NCBI GenBank assembly: GCA_902594145.1
Contig: CACJLA010000001.1
Location: forward strand, 164,543 to 228,542
DNA length: 64,000 bases
Source: an uncultured Alphaproteobacteria bacterium
GTDB taxonomy: Bacteria; Pseudomonadota; Alphaproteobacteria; HIMB59
Direction: 5' to 3'
The position numbers and the translations under genes were made by a program. The first letter of the stretch is position 1. Every line of letters starts with the position of its first letter. The notes under the pieces are model-generated. The model was not told the origin of the DNA and ran no database searches. It saw only the letters and a program-made list of their open reading frames with translations. Shown one piece after another: positions 1 to 9,919 of the stretch.

Positions 1-1
1 T

Positions 2-1057
2 GTTAGTTTTTTAGATCAAGCATCAAACGACAAAAACGTTGTGGCAATTAAGCAAACTTTGTATCGTACTAGCGATCAATCGCCAATCATTGATGCACTC
101 ATTCGTGCTGCTGATGCTGGTAAATCTGTAACAGCAGTTGTTGAGTTAAAAGCAAGGTTTGATGAAGAAAAAAATCTACAGTGGGCATCAAATTTGGAAA
201 AAGCTGGAGTTCAAGTAGTGTATGGTTTTTTAAATCTAAAAATTCATGCAAAAGTTTCCTTAGTTACTAGAAGAGAAAAAAAAAATTTAGTCCATTACGT
301 TCACTATGGTACTGGTAACTATCATCCTCAAACAGCAAAGGTTTATACAGATCTATCATTTTTTACTTGTAATAAAGATCTAGCATCTGATGCTATAAAA
401 TTATTTCATTATATGAGTAGTTACAACATGGCAAAAGATTTTAAACGAATATCTTTCTCTCCATATAACTTAAGACAAAAACTATACGAACATATTGACT
501 ACGAAATAGGTTTATCAAAAATTAAAAAGCCAGCTAACATATGGATCAAGATGAATAATTTAGTTGATCAAGAAATAATTAACAAACTTTACGAAGCATC
601 TAAAGCAGGAGTGAAAATTACTTGTTTAATTAGAGGTATCTGCTGCTTAGTTCCTGGTGTTAAAGGAATGTCAGAAAACATAGAAGTTAAAAGTATTGTA
701 GGAAGATTTTTAGAGCATTCACGTGTAGTTTGTTTCGGAAAAGGCAATAAACTACCCAGTAAAAAAGCAAAAATTTATATTTCATCTGCTGACTGGATGA
801 CTAGAAATTTTGACAGGCGCGTGGAAACATTAGTTCCTATCGATAACAAAACTGTTCACGAACAAATTTTATATCAAATTATGTACACTGCCATTAACGA
901 TAATCAAAATACTTGGATACTCGACTCAGATGGAAATTATCAAAAAATAAACTCTAAACTAAAAATAGACTCACATAAATATTTTATGACCAACCCTAGT
1001 CTCTCAGGGAGAGGCACTGCTGCCAAAAAGGTCTATAAAAAAATAGAAAAACAATAA
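2..1057 (+). CDS. ppk1: Polyphosphate kinase 1, 5'-truncated by window edge
   Basis: Motifs KQTLYRT, ELKARFDEE, LKIHAK, GTGNY, SIVGRFLEHSR, SSADWMTRNFDRRVE. The frame is open back to base 2, so the true start is upstream of the window. Confidence 0.96.
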   Translation, partial: VSFLDQASNDKNVVAIKQTLYRTSDQSPIIDALIRAADAGKSVTAVVELKARFDEEKNLQWASNLEKAGVQVVYGFLNLKIHAKVSLVTRREKKNLVHYVHYGTGNYHPQTAKVYTDLSFFTCNKDLASDAIKLFHYMSSYNMAKDFKRISFSPYNLRQKLYEHIDYEIGLSKIKKPANIWIKMNNLVDQEIINKLYEASKAGVKITCLIRGICCLVPGVKGMSENIEVKSIVGRFLEHSRVVCFGKGNKLPSKKAKIYISSADWMTRNFDRRVETLVPIDNKTVHEQILYQIMYTAINDNQNTWILDSDGNYQKINSKLKIDSHKYFMTNPSLSGRGTAAKKVYKKIEKQ

Positions 1058-1058
1058 A

Positions 1059-2324
1059 ATGTTATTTGTATTTTCTATTGCTGTTCTTTCCTTAAACCTA
1101 TTTTTGTTTTTTAGTACTTCAATTAATATTTTTTTAATATCAATTATTTCTCAGAGTTTAGTTTATTTCATTTCTTATTATTTCTTTGAGAGCTATCTTG
1201 AAAAAAAAACTTTTGACCTAAGAAAATCTGACAATATGTTATTTACAAAAGTCCGAAATATTTTAGAAGAGACTCTTTTAGACAAAGAAAGACGCATCGA
1301 AGTTGGTGACAAACAAAGTTTGGAGTATCAAGACATTCTTAACTCCTTAGACCTCTCAATAGTTATTATAGATTACGATTATAATATCATATTCGTTAAT
1401 AATAATTTCAAAGAGACATTTAATTTAGAAAATGCAGATAACCTTAAAATAGGTTTAAGAGACTTATCTTTGTCTGAAAATCTAAGTAACGCACTTAAAA
1501 CTAAATCAAAAAAAAATTTTGAGTGGAACAGATTAATACCAAATGACCGATATTACGACGTTACAGGATTTCCAATTAACGATTTTTTTTGCGTTGCTTT
1601 TAAAGACATTACTGCAATTAAAAATCTTGAGATGGTAAGAACTGACTTCGTAGCTAATGTAAGTCACGAATTAAAAACTCCACTCTCTTCAATAATAGGA
1701 TATTTAGAAACACTTTTAACTGTTGACGATGAAAAAAATAAAAAAAAATTTATTTCAATTATTCAAGATCAGTCAAATCGAATGAACTCTTTGATTGATG
1801 ATCTATTAAGTTTAAGTTCCATCGAGAATAAAAAAACTAATGAGAATGACCAATTTTGTAATTTATTAAATACCGTTAAAATTGGAATAAACTCATTGGA
1901 GTCAAAAATTTTAAAGAAAAAAATAAATGTTGATATTAATTTAGACCAATCTCTTTTAGTTGGATGTCCTCATGAAGAATTTATTCAAGTGGTTGTCAAT
2001 ATCGTTAACAACGCTGTTAAATATTCAAAAGATGGTGCTAAAATTTTAATTAAAGCTCGTGAAAAAATGAATACTAGTAATATGACTGAATATGTCGAAA
2101 TTTCCTTCAAGGATAATGGCATAGGCATTGCAGAAGAGCACATCTCAAGGCTTACCGAGAGATTTTACAGAGTGGACAGTGCTCGATCCAAAGAGGTTGG
2201 TGGTACTGGATTAGGCCTTTCAATTGTGAAACATATTTTGAATAAAAACATGGGTTTTATTGACATAAAAAGTGAAGTTGGAAAAGGCTCAGAGTTTTTA
2301 ATCACAATTCCAAAGCATGCTTAA
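1059..2324 (+). CDS. phoR: Phosphate regulon sensor histidine kinase
   Basis: N-terminal TM segments, PAS-like region, DFVANVSHELKTP H-box, RLTERFYRVDSARS and GGTGLGL; sits in the pst/pho cluster. Confidence 0.93.
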   Translation: MLFVFSIAVLSLNLFLFFSTSINIFLISIISQSLVYFISYYFFESYLEKKTFDLRKSDNMLFTKVRNILEETLLDKERRIEVGDKQSLEYQDILNSLDLSIVIIDYDYNIIFVNNNFKETFNLENADNLKIGLRDLSLSENLSNALKTKSKKNFEWNRLIPNDRYYDVTGFPINDFFCVAFKDITAIKNLEMVRTDFVANVSHELKTPLSSIIGYLETLLTVDDEKNKKKFISIIQDQSNRMNSLIDDLLSLSSIENKKTNENDQFCNLLNTVKIGINSLESKILKKKINVDINLDQSLLVGCPHEEFIQVVVNIVNNAVKYSKDGAKILIKAREKMNTSNMTEYVEISFKDNGIGIAEEHISRLTERFYRVDSARSKEVGGTGLGLSIVKHILNKNMGFIDIKSEVGKGSEFLITIPKHA

Positions 2325-2358
2325 TAAAACTTTAACATATTTGTAACATAAGATTTAC
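2319..2358 (+). promoter_or_regulatory. Putative Pho box (11-bp direct repeats) upstream of pstS
   Basis: gcttaat-aaaa / ctttaac-atat / ttgtaac-ataa / gatttac, with 11-bp periodicity as in PhoB boxes (CTGTCAT-N4 type). Confidence 0.7.
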
Positions 2359-2408
2359 TTCTAATGGATATTTTTAGCTCAATTTAAACAACATAAAGGA
2401 ACTTAACT

Positions 2409-3485
2409 ATGAAAAAATCTATGTTAACTTTTCTTGCTCTAGCAGTAAGCGTACTTTTCTCTGCTGAAACTTTTGCAAGAGATCAAATTAATATTGTTGG
2501 CTCATCAACAGTATACCCATATGGAACAGTAAACGCACAAAGACTCGGCGAGTCAGGTTTTAAAACCCCCACTTACAACCCAATTGGAACTGGTGGTGGA
2601 ATGAAAGCATTTTGTGCTGGTGTGGGAGTTGAATTTCCAGATATTACTGGAGCGTCACGACCAATGAAAGCTAAAGAAGCTAAATTATGTCTTGAAGCCG
2701 GTGTAACAAACGTAATTGAAGTGATGTGGGCTAATGACGGTATTACTTTTTCTCACTCCAACGAAGCAGAACCTTTTTCTCTAACAAGAGAAGAAATCTT
2801 TACAGCTATGGCTGCAAAAGTTGTTGTTGATGGTGAAGTGGTCGAAAATCCATATCAAACTTGGAACGAAATTAACCCAAGCCTTCCAGCATATAAAATT
2901 GAAGTATTAGTAGCTCCTCCAACCTCAGGAACAAGAGATGCATTTGATGGTAAAGTAATGGAAGCTGGATGTACATTAGAAGCAGTAACTGGCAGTGACG
3001 ATGGATGTACTGATTACAGAGAAGATGGAAAAATCATCGAGATGGGTGAGAATGACACTCTTATTGTTCAAAAACTAGTTGAGGATCCAGAACGTTTTGG
3101 TTACTTTGGTTATTCTTATCTAAAAGACAACGGAGATAAATTACAACCATCTACTGTTGAGGGAGTAGTACCATCTGCTGAATCCATTGCAACTTATGAG
3201 TATCCAATGGCAAGACCTCTTTTCATATACTTAAAAGCAGATCACATCGGGGTTGTACCTGGCATTCAGGAGTTTGCACAAATGATGGTAAGTGATGAAG
3301 CAATTGGTGATAACGGTTACCTAACAAAAATTGGTGCTGCACCTATGGTACCAGACCTTATCAATAGAGTAAGAAACGTTACTGACAGCTTAGATGCAAT
3401 GGGATTTGATATTGCAGCATGTGCTGAAAAAAAACATCCATTAAAAGATGCTGGTTACGCTTTTTCAAGCGGACTTTGTAAGTAA
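2409..3485 (+). CDS. pstS: Phosphate ABC transporter substrate-binding protein
   Basis: Signal peptide, GSSTVYP, GTGGG, SGTRDAF, YPMARPLFIY; SD aagga upstream. Confidence 0.95.
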   Translation: MKKSMLTFLALAVSVLFSAETFARDQINIVGSSTVYPYGTVNAQRLGESGFKTPTYNPIGTGGGMKAFCAGVGVEFPDITGASRPMKAKEAKLCLEAGVTNVIEVMWANDGITFSHSNEAEPFSLTREEIFTAMAAKVVVDGEVVENPYQTWNEINPSLPAYKIEVLVAPPTSGTRDAFDGKVMEAGCTLEAVTGSDDGCTDYREDGKIIEMGENDTLIVQKLVEDPERFGYFGYSYLKDNGDKLQPSTVEGVVPSAESIATYEYPMARPLFIYLKADHIGVVPGIQEFAQMMVSDEAIGDNGYLTKIGAAPMVPDLINRVRNVTDSLDAMGFDIAACAEKKHPLKDAGYAFSSGLCK

Positions 3486-3507
3486 GCATTAATTAATTAT
3501 CTTATTT

Positions 3508-3533
3508 TTAGGGGCAAGATTTCTTGCCCCTAA
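3508..3533 (+). terminator. Stem-loop between pstS and pstC (mRNA stabiliser or partial terminator)
   Basis: ttaggggcaag-attt-cttgcccctaa, perfect 11-bp stem; no downstream U-tract. Confidence 0.7.
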
Positions 3534-3565
3534 GACAAAATCAGTTTATAGAGGAATAGGACAGT

Positions 3566-5002
3566 ATGCTTTATTTATCACTTGTTTTTGTTTTTATACT
3601 TTCTTACTCTTTTTACTTCTATGGTAAAAAAAGAGCATTAAGCCTAAAATTTAAAAAAAATGAAAATCTTTCCTCTCTTCCAGATTATTATGGATATTAC
3701 GTTGTCCTTTTAGTTTTTTTTCCAGCAATAATTATTTGGTTCTTTTTACTTATTTTTAAATCAAACTTTCAAGAGATGTTTGTAATGTCCCCTGTGTTAT
3801 TTCCAGATGTCGCTACATGGAGCTCTGGAAAATTCGGTTTAATTATGAATAAGATTAGCAACCTATCTATGATTGTTAATTTATCAGAAATTGATTTGAC
3901 CGTAGGCGATAAATCAATTTTAAAAATGGCCAGTGAGAGTGAGATAATTGCAGCAAAAAATTTAGCAAATTTTGACAAGATCTACGGATGGTCGAATTTA
4001 ACTCTATTTATTATTCTACCTGTGCTTTTAGGATTTTTGGCTACGAAATCAATATCAGGAAAACTAAATGCACAGCCAATTGTTGAGAAAATAATTTCAT
4101 ATGTTATCAAGGGCAGTTCTTATATTGCAATATTCATTACTTTTGGAATCTTCTTTTCTCTTGTTTTCGAGGCCATTAATTTTTTTCGGTACGTAAATTT
4201 TATGGACTTTTTCTTTAATACGGCATGGAATCCCAATAGAGCTTTTGTTATCAATGCATCAGAAGGCTTCGATCAAGAGGCTTTAAAAGAGGCTTTTGGT
4301 TTTGTACCTTTGCTTACCGGAACGCTTTTAATTGCATCTGTTGCCATGTTAGTCGCTGTTCCTTTAGGACTGCTAACAGCAATTTATTTAGCAGAGTATG
4401 CGTCATCAAAAGTAAGAGATATAGCTAAACCAATAATTGAAATTCTTGCTGGCATACCCACAGTTGTTTATGGATTTTTTGCTGCTTTATCACTGGCACC
4501 TTTCATAAAAGATGTCGGTGAAGGCGTTGGATTACCGGTGTCCGCTGAAAGTGCTCTAGCTGCAGGTTTAGCGATGGGTGTTATGATCATACCTTTTGTT
4601 TCCTCTCTTAGTGACGATGTCATAAAAGCAGTTCCTCAATCTTTAAGAGAGGGTTCTTATGCAATTGGAGCAACTAAATCAGAAACTATTAAAAAAGTAA
4701 TTTTACCAGCAGCTCTAGCTGGAATAATGGGCTCATTTTTATTAGCTATATCTAGGGCAATAGGTGAGACAATGATTGTCGTTATGGCCGCCAGCCTAAG
4801 AGCAAATCTTACTTTTAATCCCTTGGAGCCAGCGACTACAATAACAACACAGATTGTTACAAGTTTGATAGGAGATGTCGAGTTTGATAATCCAAAAACC
4901 TTAGTTGCTTTTGCTTTAGGCCTAACTTTATTTGTAATGACATTAATTCTTAATATTGCTGCTATAACAATAGTAAAAAAGTACAGAGAAAAATATGAGT
5001 AG
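3566..5002 (+). CDS. pstC: Phosphate ABC transporter permease
   Basis: EILAGIPTVVYG, SLSDD, AISRAIGETM; multiple TM segments. Confidence 0.96.
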   Translation: MLYLSLVFVFILSYSFYFYGKKRALSLKFKKNENLSSLPDYYGYYVVLLVFFPAIIIWFFLLIFKSNFQEMFVMSPVLFPDVATWSSGKFGLIMNKISNLSMIVNLSEIDLTVGDKSILKMASESEIIAAKNLANFDKIYGWSNLTLFIILPVLLGFLATKSISGKLNAQPIVEKIISYVIKGSSYIAIFITFGIFFSLVFEAINFFRYVNFMDFFFNTAWNPNRAFVINASEGFDQEALKEAFGFVPLLTGTLLIASVAMLVAVPLGLLTAIYLAEYASSKVRDIAKPIIEILAGIPTVVYGFFAALSLAPFIKDVGEGVGLPVSAESALAAGLAMGVMIIPFVSSLSDDVIKAVPQSLREGSYAIGATKSETIKKVILPAALAGIMGSFLLAISRAIGETMIVVMAASLRANLTFNPLEPATTITTQIVTSLIGDVEFDNPKTLVAFALGLTLFVMTLILNIAAITIVKKYREKYE

Positions 5003-6245
5003 TTTAGAAAAGAGACTTGCAGCAGAGAAACGTTTCAAATTTTATGGAATGTTTGCGATGACTCTCTCTTTGTTCTTCGTGCTTATTTTAATGTATAAAA
5101 TTTTTTCTACCGGCAGTGGTGCTTTTGTTAGAACAACTATTAATGCTGATGTTTATTTTGACCCAAATTTTATAGAGGTTTCTAGTAACTCCTCCAAAAA
5201 AGAAATAATGAAAGCATCTTATGTTGATCTTGCTGATCAAGTGATTAACCAAAACCATCCTGGATTAGATGAAGAAAATTTTATTAAAGTCAGAGAAATG
5301 TACACAAGAAAATTTGATTATCAGCTGAGAGATTATATTGTAAACAATCCAAATGTAATTGGAAAAACTGTCAATTTAGATATATCTGCCTCATCAGATC
5401 TTGACCAAATTGTCAAAGGAAACTATCCAAGAAATGTTCCCGAAGCACAACGAAAAATAAATGATTATCAACTTTCTATCTTAGACTCTTTAGACTCCAA
5501 AGGTAAAATGTCTAAGACATTCAATTTTTGGTTTTTCACAAATGGAGACTCAAGAGATCCAGAAACAGCCGGAATACTTGGAGCACTTATGGGGTCTTTT
5601 TATGCTTTATTGATCTGTTTTAGTTTTGCTTTTCCAATCGGACTTTTGGCTTCTGTGTACTTAGAGGAATTTGTTAAACCAGGAAAAATAACTGACATTA
5701 TTGAAGTAAATATAAATAACCTTGCGGCGGTTCCCTCTATTGTTTACGGACTTTTAGGCTTAGGTATGCTAATTGGAGTTTTTGGGATGCCATATCAAGT
5801 CCCTTTAGTTGGAGGATTAGTTTTAGGTTTTATGACTTTACCAACAATTATTATAGCATCTAGGGCATCGCTCAGAGGCGTCCCCCCTTCAATTAGAGAG
5901 GGAGCACTTGCTGTGGGGGCTACTAAAATGCAAACTGTATTTCATCATGTAATCCCTTTATCTTTGCCAGGTACTCTTACTGGAACAATTATTGGAATGG
6001 CACAAGCTTTGGGTGAGACAGCCCCTTTATTATTGGTAGGTATGGTTGCTTTTGTGATGGAAATACCGGGAGGGGCATTCGACCCTGCCACTGGTCTTCC
6101 TTCACAAATATATCTATGGTCTGAGAGCGCTGAAAGAGGTTTCCTCGAAAAAACATCTGCAGGAATAATGCTACTTTTATCTTTTTTGATTATAATGAAT
6201 ACTGTGGCAGTGTTGGTAAGAAGAAAATTGGAGGTGAAATGGTAG
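4995..6245 (+). CDS. pstA: Phosphate ABC transporter permease
   Basis: [27 protein letters not shown]. Confidence 0.96.
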   Translation: MSSLEKRLAAEKRFKFYGMFAMTLSLFFVLILMYKIFSTGSGAFVRTTINADVYFDPNFIEVSSNSSKKEIMKASYVDLADQVINQNHPGLDEENFIKVREMYTRKFDYQLRDYIVNNPNVIGKTVNLDISASSDLDQIVKGNYPRNVPEAQRKINDYQLSILDSLDSKGKMSKTFNFWFFTNGDSRDPETAGILGALMGSFYALLICFSFAFPIGLLASVYLEEFVKPGKITDIIEVNINNLAAVPSIVYGLLGLGMLIGVFGMPYQVPLVGGLVLGFMTLPTIIIASRASLRGVPPSIREGALAVGATKMQTVFHHVIPLSLPGTLTGTIIGMAQALGETAPLLLVGMVAFVMEIPGGAFDPATGLPSQIYLWSESAERGFLEKTSAGIMLLLSFLIIMNTVAVLVRRKLEVKW

Positions 6246-7015
6246 ATCAAAACAGCAATTATGCTTTGCAAACAAGTGAGGTATATGTCCACTATGGAAA
6301 AAAAATGGCAATCAATAACGTTGCTCTTAATTTTCCAAAAAATGAAGTAACTTCTCTTATAGGACCCTCAGGTTGTGGTAAGTCGACATTTTTGCGATGT
6401 TTAAACCGTATGAATGATGTAATAGATATTTGTAATGTTAAAGGTAAGTTTTTGTTGAATGGCAATGTTGATATATATAGCCCTGATATACAGGTAGAAA
6501 CTCTTCGCGAAAAAGTTGGAATGGTTTTTCAAAAACCCAATCCTTTTCCAAAAACTATTTATGATAATGTTGCCTACGGACCAAAAATTCATGGTATTGC
6601 TTCTTCTCAAAATGAATTAGATGAAATAGTAAAAGACTCACTTCACAGAGCGGGTCTTTATGAAGAGGTAAAAGATAGAATGGATGATATTGCTACCGGT
6701 TTATCAGGAGGACAACAGCAAAGATTGTGCATTGCAAGAGCGATTGCTATAAGACCGGAAATCATTTTGATGGACGAACCTTGTTCTGCATTAGATCCAA
6801 TAGCAACCGCAAAAATAGAAGATTTAATTAACGAATTGAAAGAAAATTACACAATAATTATAGTAACTCATTCTATGTCTCAAGCATCACGAGTATCATC
6901 TAAAACTGCGTTTTTTCATTTAGGTAACCTTGTCGAATATGGAGAAACTGGTAAGATATTTACAAAACCTGATAAAGAACAAACAAATGACTACATAACT
7001 GGAAGGTTTGGTTAA
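6239..7015 (+). CDS. pstB: Phosphate ABC transporter ATPase
   Basis: [49 protein letters not shown]. Confidence 0.97.
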   Translation: MVDQNSNYALQTSEVYVHYGKKMAINNVALNFPKNEVTSLIGPSGCGKSTFLRCLNRMNDVIDICNVKGKFLLNGNVDIYSPDIQVETLREKVGMVFQKPNPFPKTIYDNVAYGPKIHGIASSQNELDEIVKDSLHRAGLYEEVKDRMDDIATGLSGGQQQRLCIARAIAIRPEIILMDEPCSALDPIATAKIEDLINELKENYTIIIVTHSMSQASRVSSKTAFFHLGNLVEYGETGKIFTKPDKEQTNDYITGRFG

Positions 7016-7016
7016 A

Positions 7017-7700
7017 ATGGAAACAGCACACACAGATAAAAACTTTGAACAAAAGTTAAATCATCTTACAGATAATTTAATTAAAATGAGTAATATTGTT
7101 GAGAAACAAATTGAAATTGCAGTAAATGTTATTAAATCTAAAGACTCATCTGATGCACAGACAACACAGAATCTTGATGAACAAGTTGATGAAGTGGAAA
7201 GAGATGTTAGGGATTTAAGTTTCGAAATTATGACTTTACATAGACCCGTTGCCAGTGATTTAAGACTAGTTTTCACTGCCCTCAAAGTTTCAAAAGAGCT
7301 TGAGAGAATGGGAGATCACTCTAGAAATTTAGCAAAAAGAGCTATTTCAATTTCTTCTTCATTTGACGAGGATTTAACGGACCAAATGCATAATTTAGGT
7401 AAAGGTGTCCAAAAAATGGTTAATCAAACACTTGAGAGTTTTTTTAAAAAAGATGAGGTACAGGCAAGGATCTCATGGAATCAAGATGCAGAAATTGACA
7501 GGCAGTACAAATCTTTATTATCTGATTTAATAGAAAGAATGCACAATAAAGAAACAAGTGTTGTTGATGAAGGCACTAAGCCAATTTTAATTGCAAAGTC
7601 CTTAGAAAGAATAGGTGATCATGCTACTAACATAGCTGAAGAGGTCATTTTTAACATTACAGGTCATTATATTGATTTAAAAAAATCTGATTTTGAATGA
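7017..7700 (+). CDS. phoU: Phosphate signalling complex protein
   Basis: PVASDLR, ELERMGDH and LERIGDHATNIAE repeats. ATG 7017 preferred over TTG 7008. Confidence 0.95.
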   Translation: METAHTDKNFEQKLNHLTDNLIKMSNIVEKQIEIAVNVIKSKDSSDAQTTQNLDEQVDEVERDVRDLSFEIMTLHRPVASDLRLVFTALKVSKELERMGDHSRNLAKRAISISSSFDEDLTDQMHNLGKGVQKMVNQTLESFFKKDEVQARISWNQDAEIDRQYKSLLSDLIERMHNKETSVVDEGTKPILIAKSLERIGDHATNIAEEVIFNITGHYIDLKKSDFE

Positions 7701-8386
7701 CAGACAAGATTTTAGTTGTAGAGGATGAAAAACCAATCTCAGAATTAATTGGATTTCATTTAGAACAACAAAACTACCAAATAAAATTTTCATACGACGG
7801 AGAATCTGCAATCCAAGAGATCGAACATTGGCTGCCTGATTTAATTTTATTAGATTGGATGCTACCAAATATATCGGGCATTGAAGTTTTAAAGAGAATT
7901 AAAAGAAAAGATAATCTAAAAAAAATTCCAATTATAATGTTAACAGCTAAAGGTCAAGAGGATGATAAAATTAGAGGTTTTGAATTAGGTGTGGAGGATT
8001 ATGTAACCAAACCTTTTCTTCCAAGTGAGATCCTTGCTAGAATTAAATCATTACTTAAAAGAACAAAAGCAAGAGAAGAGAACGACTCACTCAAGTTTCA
8101 TGATATAAACATTAATCTCACCAACAGAAGGGCAACAAGGGGTGAGAGAAAATTAAATTTAGGACCGACTGAATTTAATCTTTTAAAATTTTTTATTGAA
8201 AATAAAGGTAGAGTCTATTCTAGGCAGCAACTATTGGATAATGTTTGGTTAAATGACGCTTACGTTGAACCTAGAACAGTTGATGTTCACATAAGAAGAC
8301 TCAGAAAAGAGCTGAATTTAACAGGAGAAAAAGATTTCATTCGAACAGTTAGATCCGCTGGCTACTCTATCGATTCAGAAAATTAA
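7697..8386 (+). CDS. phoB: Phosphate regulon response regulator
   Basis: LDWMLP receiver, LGPTEF, RTVDVHIRRLRK, IRTVRSAGY. Confidence 0.96.
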   Translation: MTDKILVVEDEKPISELIGFHLEQQNYQIKFSYDGESAIQEIEHWLPDLILLDWMLPNISGIEVLKRIKRKDNLKKIPIIMLTAKGQEDDKIRGFELGVEDYVTKPFLPSEILARIKSLLKRTKAREENDSLKFHDININLTNRRATRGERKLNLGPTEFNLLKFFIENKGRVYSRQQLLDNVWLNDAYVEPRTVDVHIRRLRKELNLTGEKDFIRTVRSAGYSIDSEN

Positions 8387-8387
8387 A

Positions 8388-8858
8388 ATGATTAAAATTC
8401 TTGTACTTTGTACAGGTAACTCTTGTCGATCAATTATAACAGAGGGGCTTTTAAACCATTATGGTAAAGACTTTTTTAATGCTTATAGTGCAGGAAGCCA
8501 CCCTGCAGGATATGTGCATCCATTAAGTATCAAAACATTAGAAAAAAATAAAATTTTCCTAGACAATTTTAAAAGTCAATCATGGAATGATTTTTCAGAT
8601 ATTAATTTTGATTTGGTTATTACTGTGTGTGATAATGCAGCTGGAGAAACTTGCCCCCTGTATCTCAAAAATACATTAAAGGCACATTGGGGTGTAGCTG
8701 ATCCTGCAAAATTTAAAGGCACTGAGGAGGAAGCTGAGATAGAATTTTTAAAAGTATTCAATGTTCTTAAAAAAAGATGTCTTGCACTAGTTCAAAATTA
8801 TAAGCAAAACAACTTATTAAATATCGATCAAATAAAAGAAATTGGAAATTTAATCTAA
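8388..8858 (+). CDS. arsC: Arsenate reductase, thioredoxin/LMW-PTP type
   Basis: CTGNSCRS P-loop, TVCDNAAGETCP, HWGVADP. Confidence 0.88.
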   Translation: MIKILVLCTGNSCRSIITEGLLNHYGKDFFNAYSAGSHPAGYVHPLSIKTLEKNKIFLDNFKSQSWNDFSDINFDLVITVCDNAAGETCPLYLKNTLKAHWGVADPAKFKGTEEEAEIEFLKVFNVLKKRCLALVQNYKQNNLLNIDQIKEIGNLI

Positions 8859-8880
8859 ATTTAACTTTAATTTAATATAA
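8848..8880 (+). promoter_or_regulatory. Triple 11-bp direct repeat (putative Pho box) in front of the candidate sRNA
   Basis: atttaat-ctaa / atttaac-ttta / atttaat-ataa; same unit as upstream of pstS and plcP. Confidence 0.55.
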
Positions 8881-8895
8881 ATGATTATTTTATTA

Positions 8896-8974
8896 GGTGG
8901 AAGATTGGCATTTCCCCTGTGATTGAAACATAGACCTCCTCTACTTGAAGAAAAATCATGTCAATCTTCCCAAA
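8896..8974 (+). ncRNA. Candidate small RNA with anti-Shine-Dalgarno motifs
   Basis: 13-bp stem 8899-8911/8958-8970 (one G-U on the + strand) enclosing UUCCCC and CCUCCU motifs; lies between convergent arsC and dgkA. Confidence 0.5.
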
Positions 8975-9322
8975 TTAATTAAATAAACCTAAGATTAAAA
9001 CTATTCCATAGGCTGTTAGAGATAAAAAAATTGCAGCAGAGCCCAAATCTTTAGCTTTCTTTATTTTGTTTGACTTATCCATAGTAATTTTATCACAGGT
9101 ATATTCTATTGCAGTGTTTAGAGCCTCAATACTAAGTATGAGCAAAGGTAAAATTATCAGCCAAAGTATGAACAAAAGAGCCGGTTGAAAAATTACGATG
9201 TAAAGAGCAGACAAGGGAAACAATAATAGCTCTCTTCTTGCTGCTTTTTCTTGAAGGAGAATTTTTAGGCCTTCAATTGAACACCAAAAAGCATCTACTA
9301 TATTTTTATTTTTAAAATCCAT
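8975..9322 (-). CDS. dgkA: Diacylglycerol kinase (DgkA family)
   Basis: EKAARRE, EALNTAIE, KKAKDLGSAA; three TM helices. Confidence 0.9.
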   Translation of the reverse strand: MDFKNKNIVDAFWCSIEGLKILLQEKAARRELLLFPLSALYIVIFQPALLFILWLIILPLLILSIEALNTAIEYTCDKITMDKSNKIKKAKDLGSAAIFLSLTAYGIVLILGLFN

Positions 9323-9339
9323 ATCTGAAGTTTAACTAC

Positions 9340-9858
9340 TTATGTGAAGTTTTTGTTAAATCTTGACTTTTTATTTTCAATTAACTTTTTTTTAACTCTC
9401 CATCTAAGATTGCTTCGAACAATATATCCAATACAGTTTTGAGACCCACATCGACACGGGTGATCCTCGAAACAAAACATGTCATATCCATAGTCGTAGG
9501 ACAGCTCCTCGCCTTTCTTAATATCTTTAATTGCGCTAATCCATATTTTTCCTTTGATGATATCAGTTTCACAATTAGGGTTGCAGGAATGATTAATATA
9601 TTTTGCTAAATTCCATGTTACTTTTCCATTGATGTCGTATTTTTGATTCAGTGTAAAAATGTAAACAGACCCGACTGTTTTAGCCCTTTTGTTTGCCTCT
9701 ATGTGAACATCAGCAATCTTGTCGGATTGAGCTTTAGTTATCTTTAACCCGCGATATTCAATGATTCTAGTGCCAGCACAGATATCAGCTTTTGCAAAAA
9801 GACCAGATGCATGAATTTTAGAATTTTTTCTAATATAAAGCTTTTGTGAAGAGCCCAT
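9340..9858 (-). CDS. SET-domain methyltransferase with post-SET Zn motif
   Basis: SKIHASGLFA, IIEYRG, KYINHSCNPN, ELSYDY, CRCGSQNC. Confidence 0.9.
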   Translation of the reverse strand: MGSSQKLYIRKNSKIHASGLFAKADICAGTRIIEYRGLKITKAQSDKIADVHIEANKRAKTVGSVYIFTLNQKYDINGKVTWNLAKYINHSCNPNCETDIIKGKIWISAIKDIKKGEELSYDYGYDMFCFEDHPCRCGSQNCIGYIVRSNLRWRVKKKLIENKKSRFNKNFT

Positions 9859-9878
9859 TTAATAAAACTTTAACAATC
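9857..9878 (+). promoter_or_regulatory. Putative Pho box upstream of plcP
   Basis: ttaataaaactttaaca (9859-9875) is identical to 2321-2337 upstream of pstS; a -10-like tattat follows. Confidence 0.7.
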
Positions 9879-9919
9879 CTCAATATTATCAATCGTAGAT
9901 ATATCTATTTTTAGATTCT

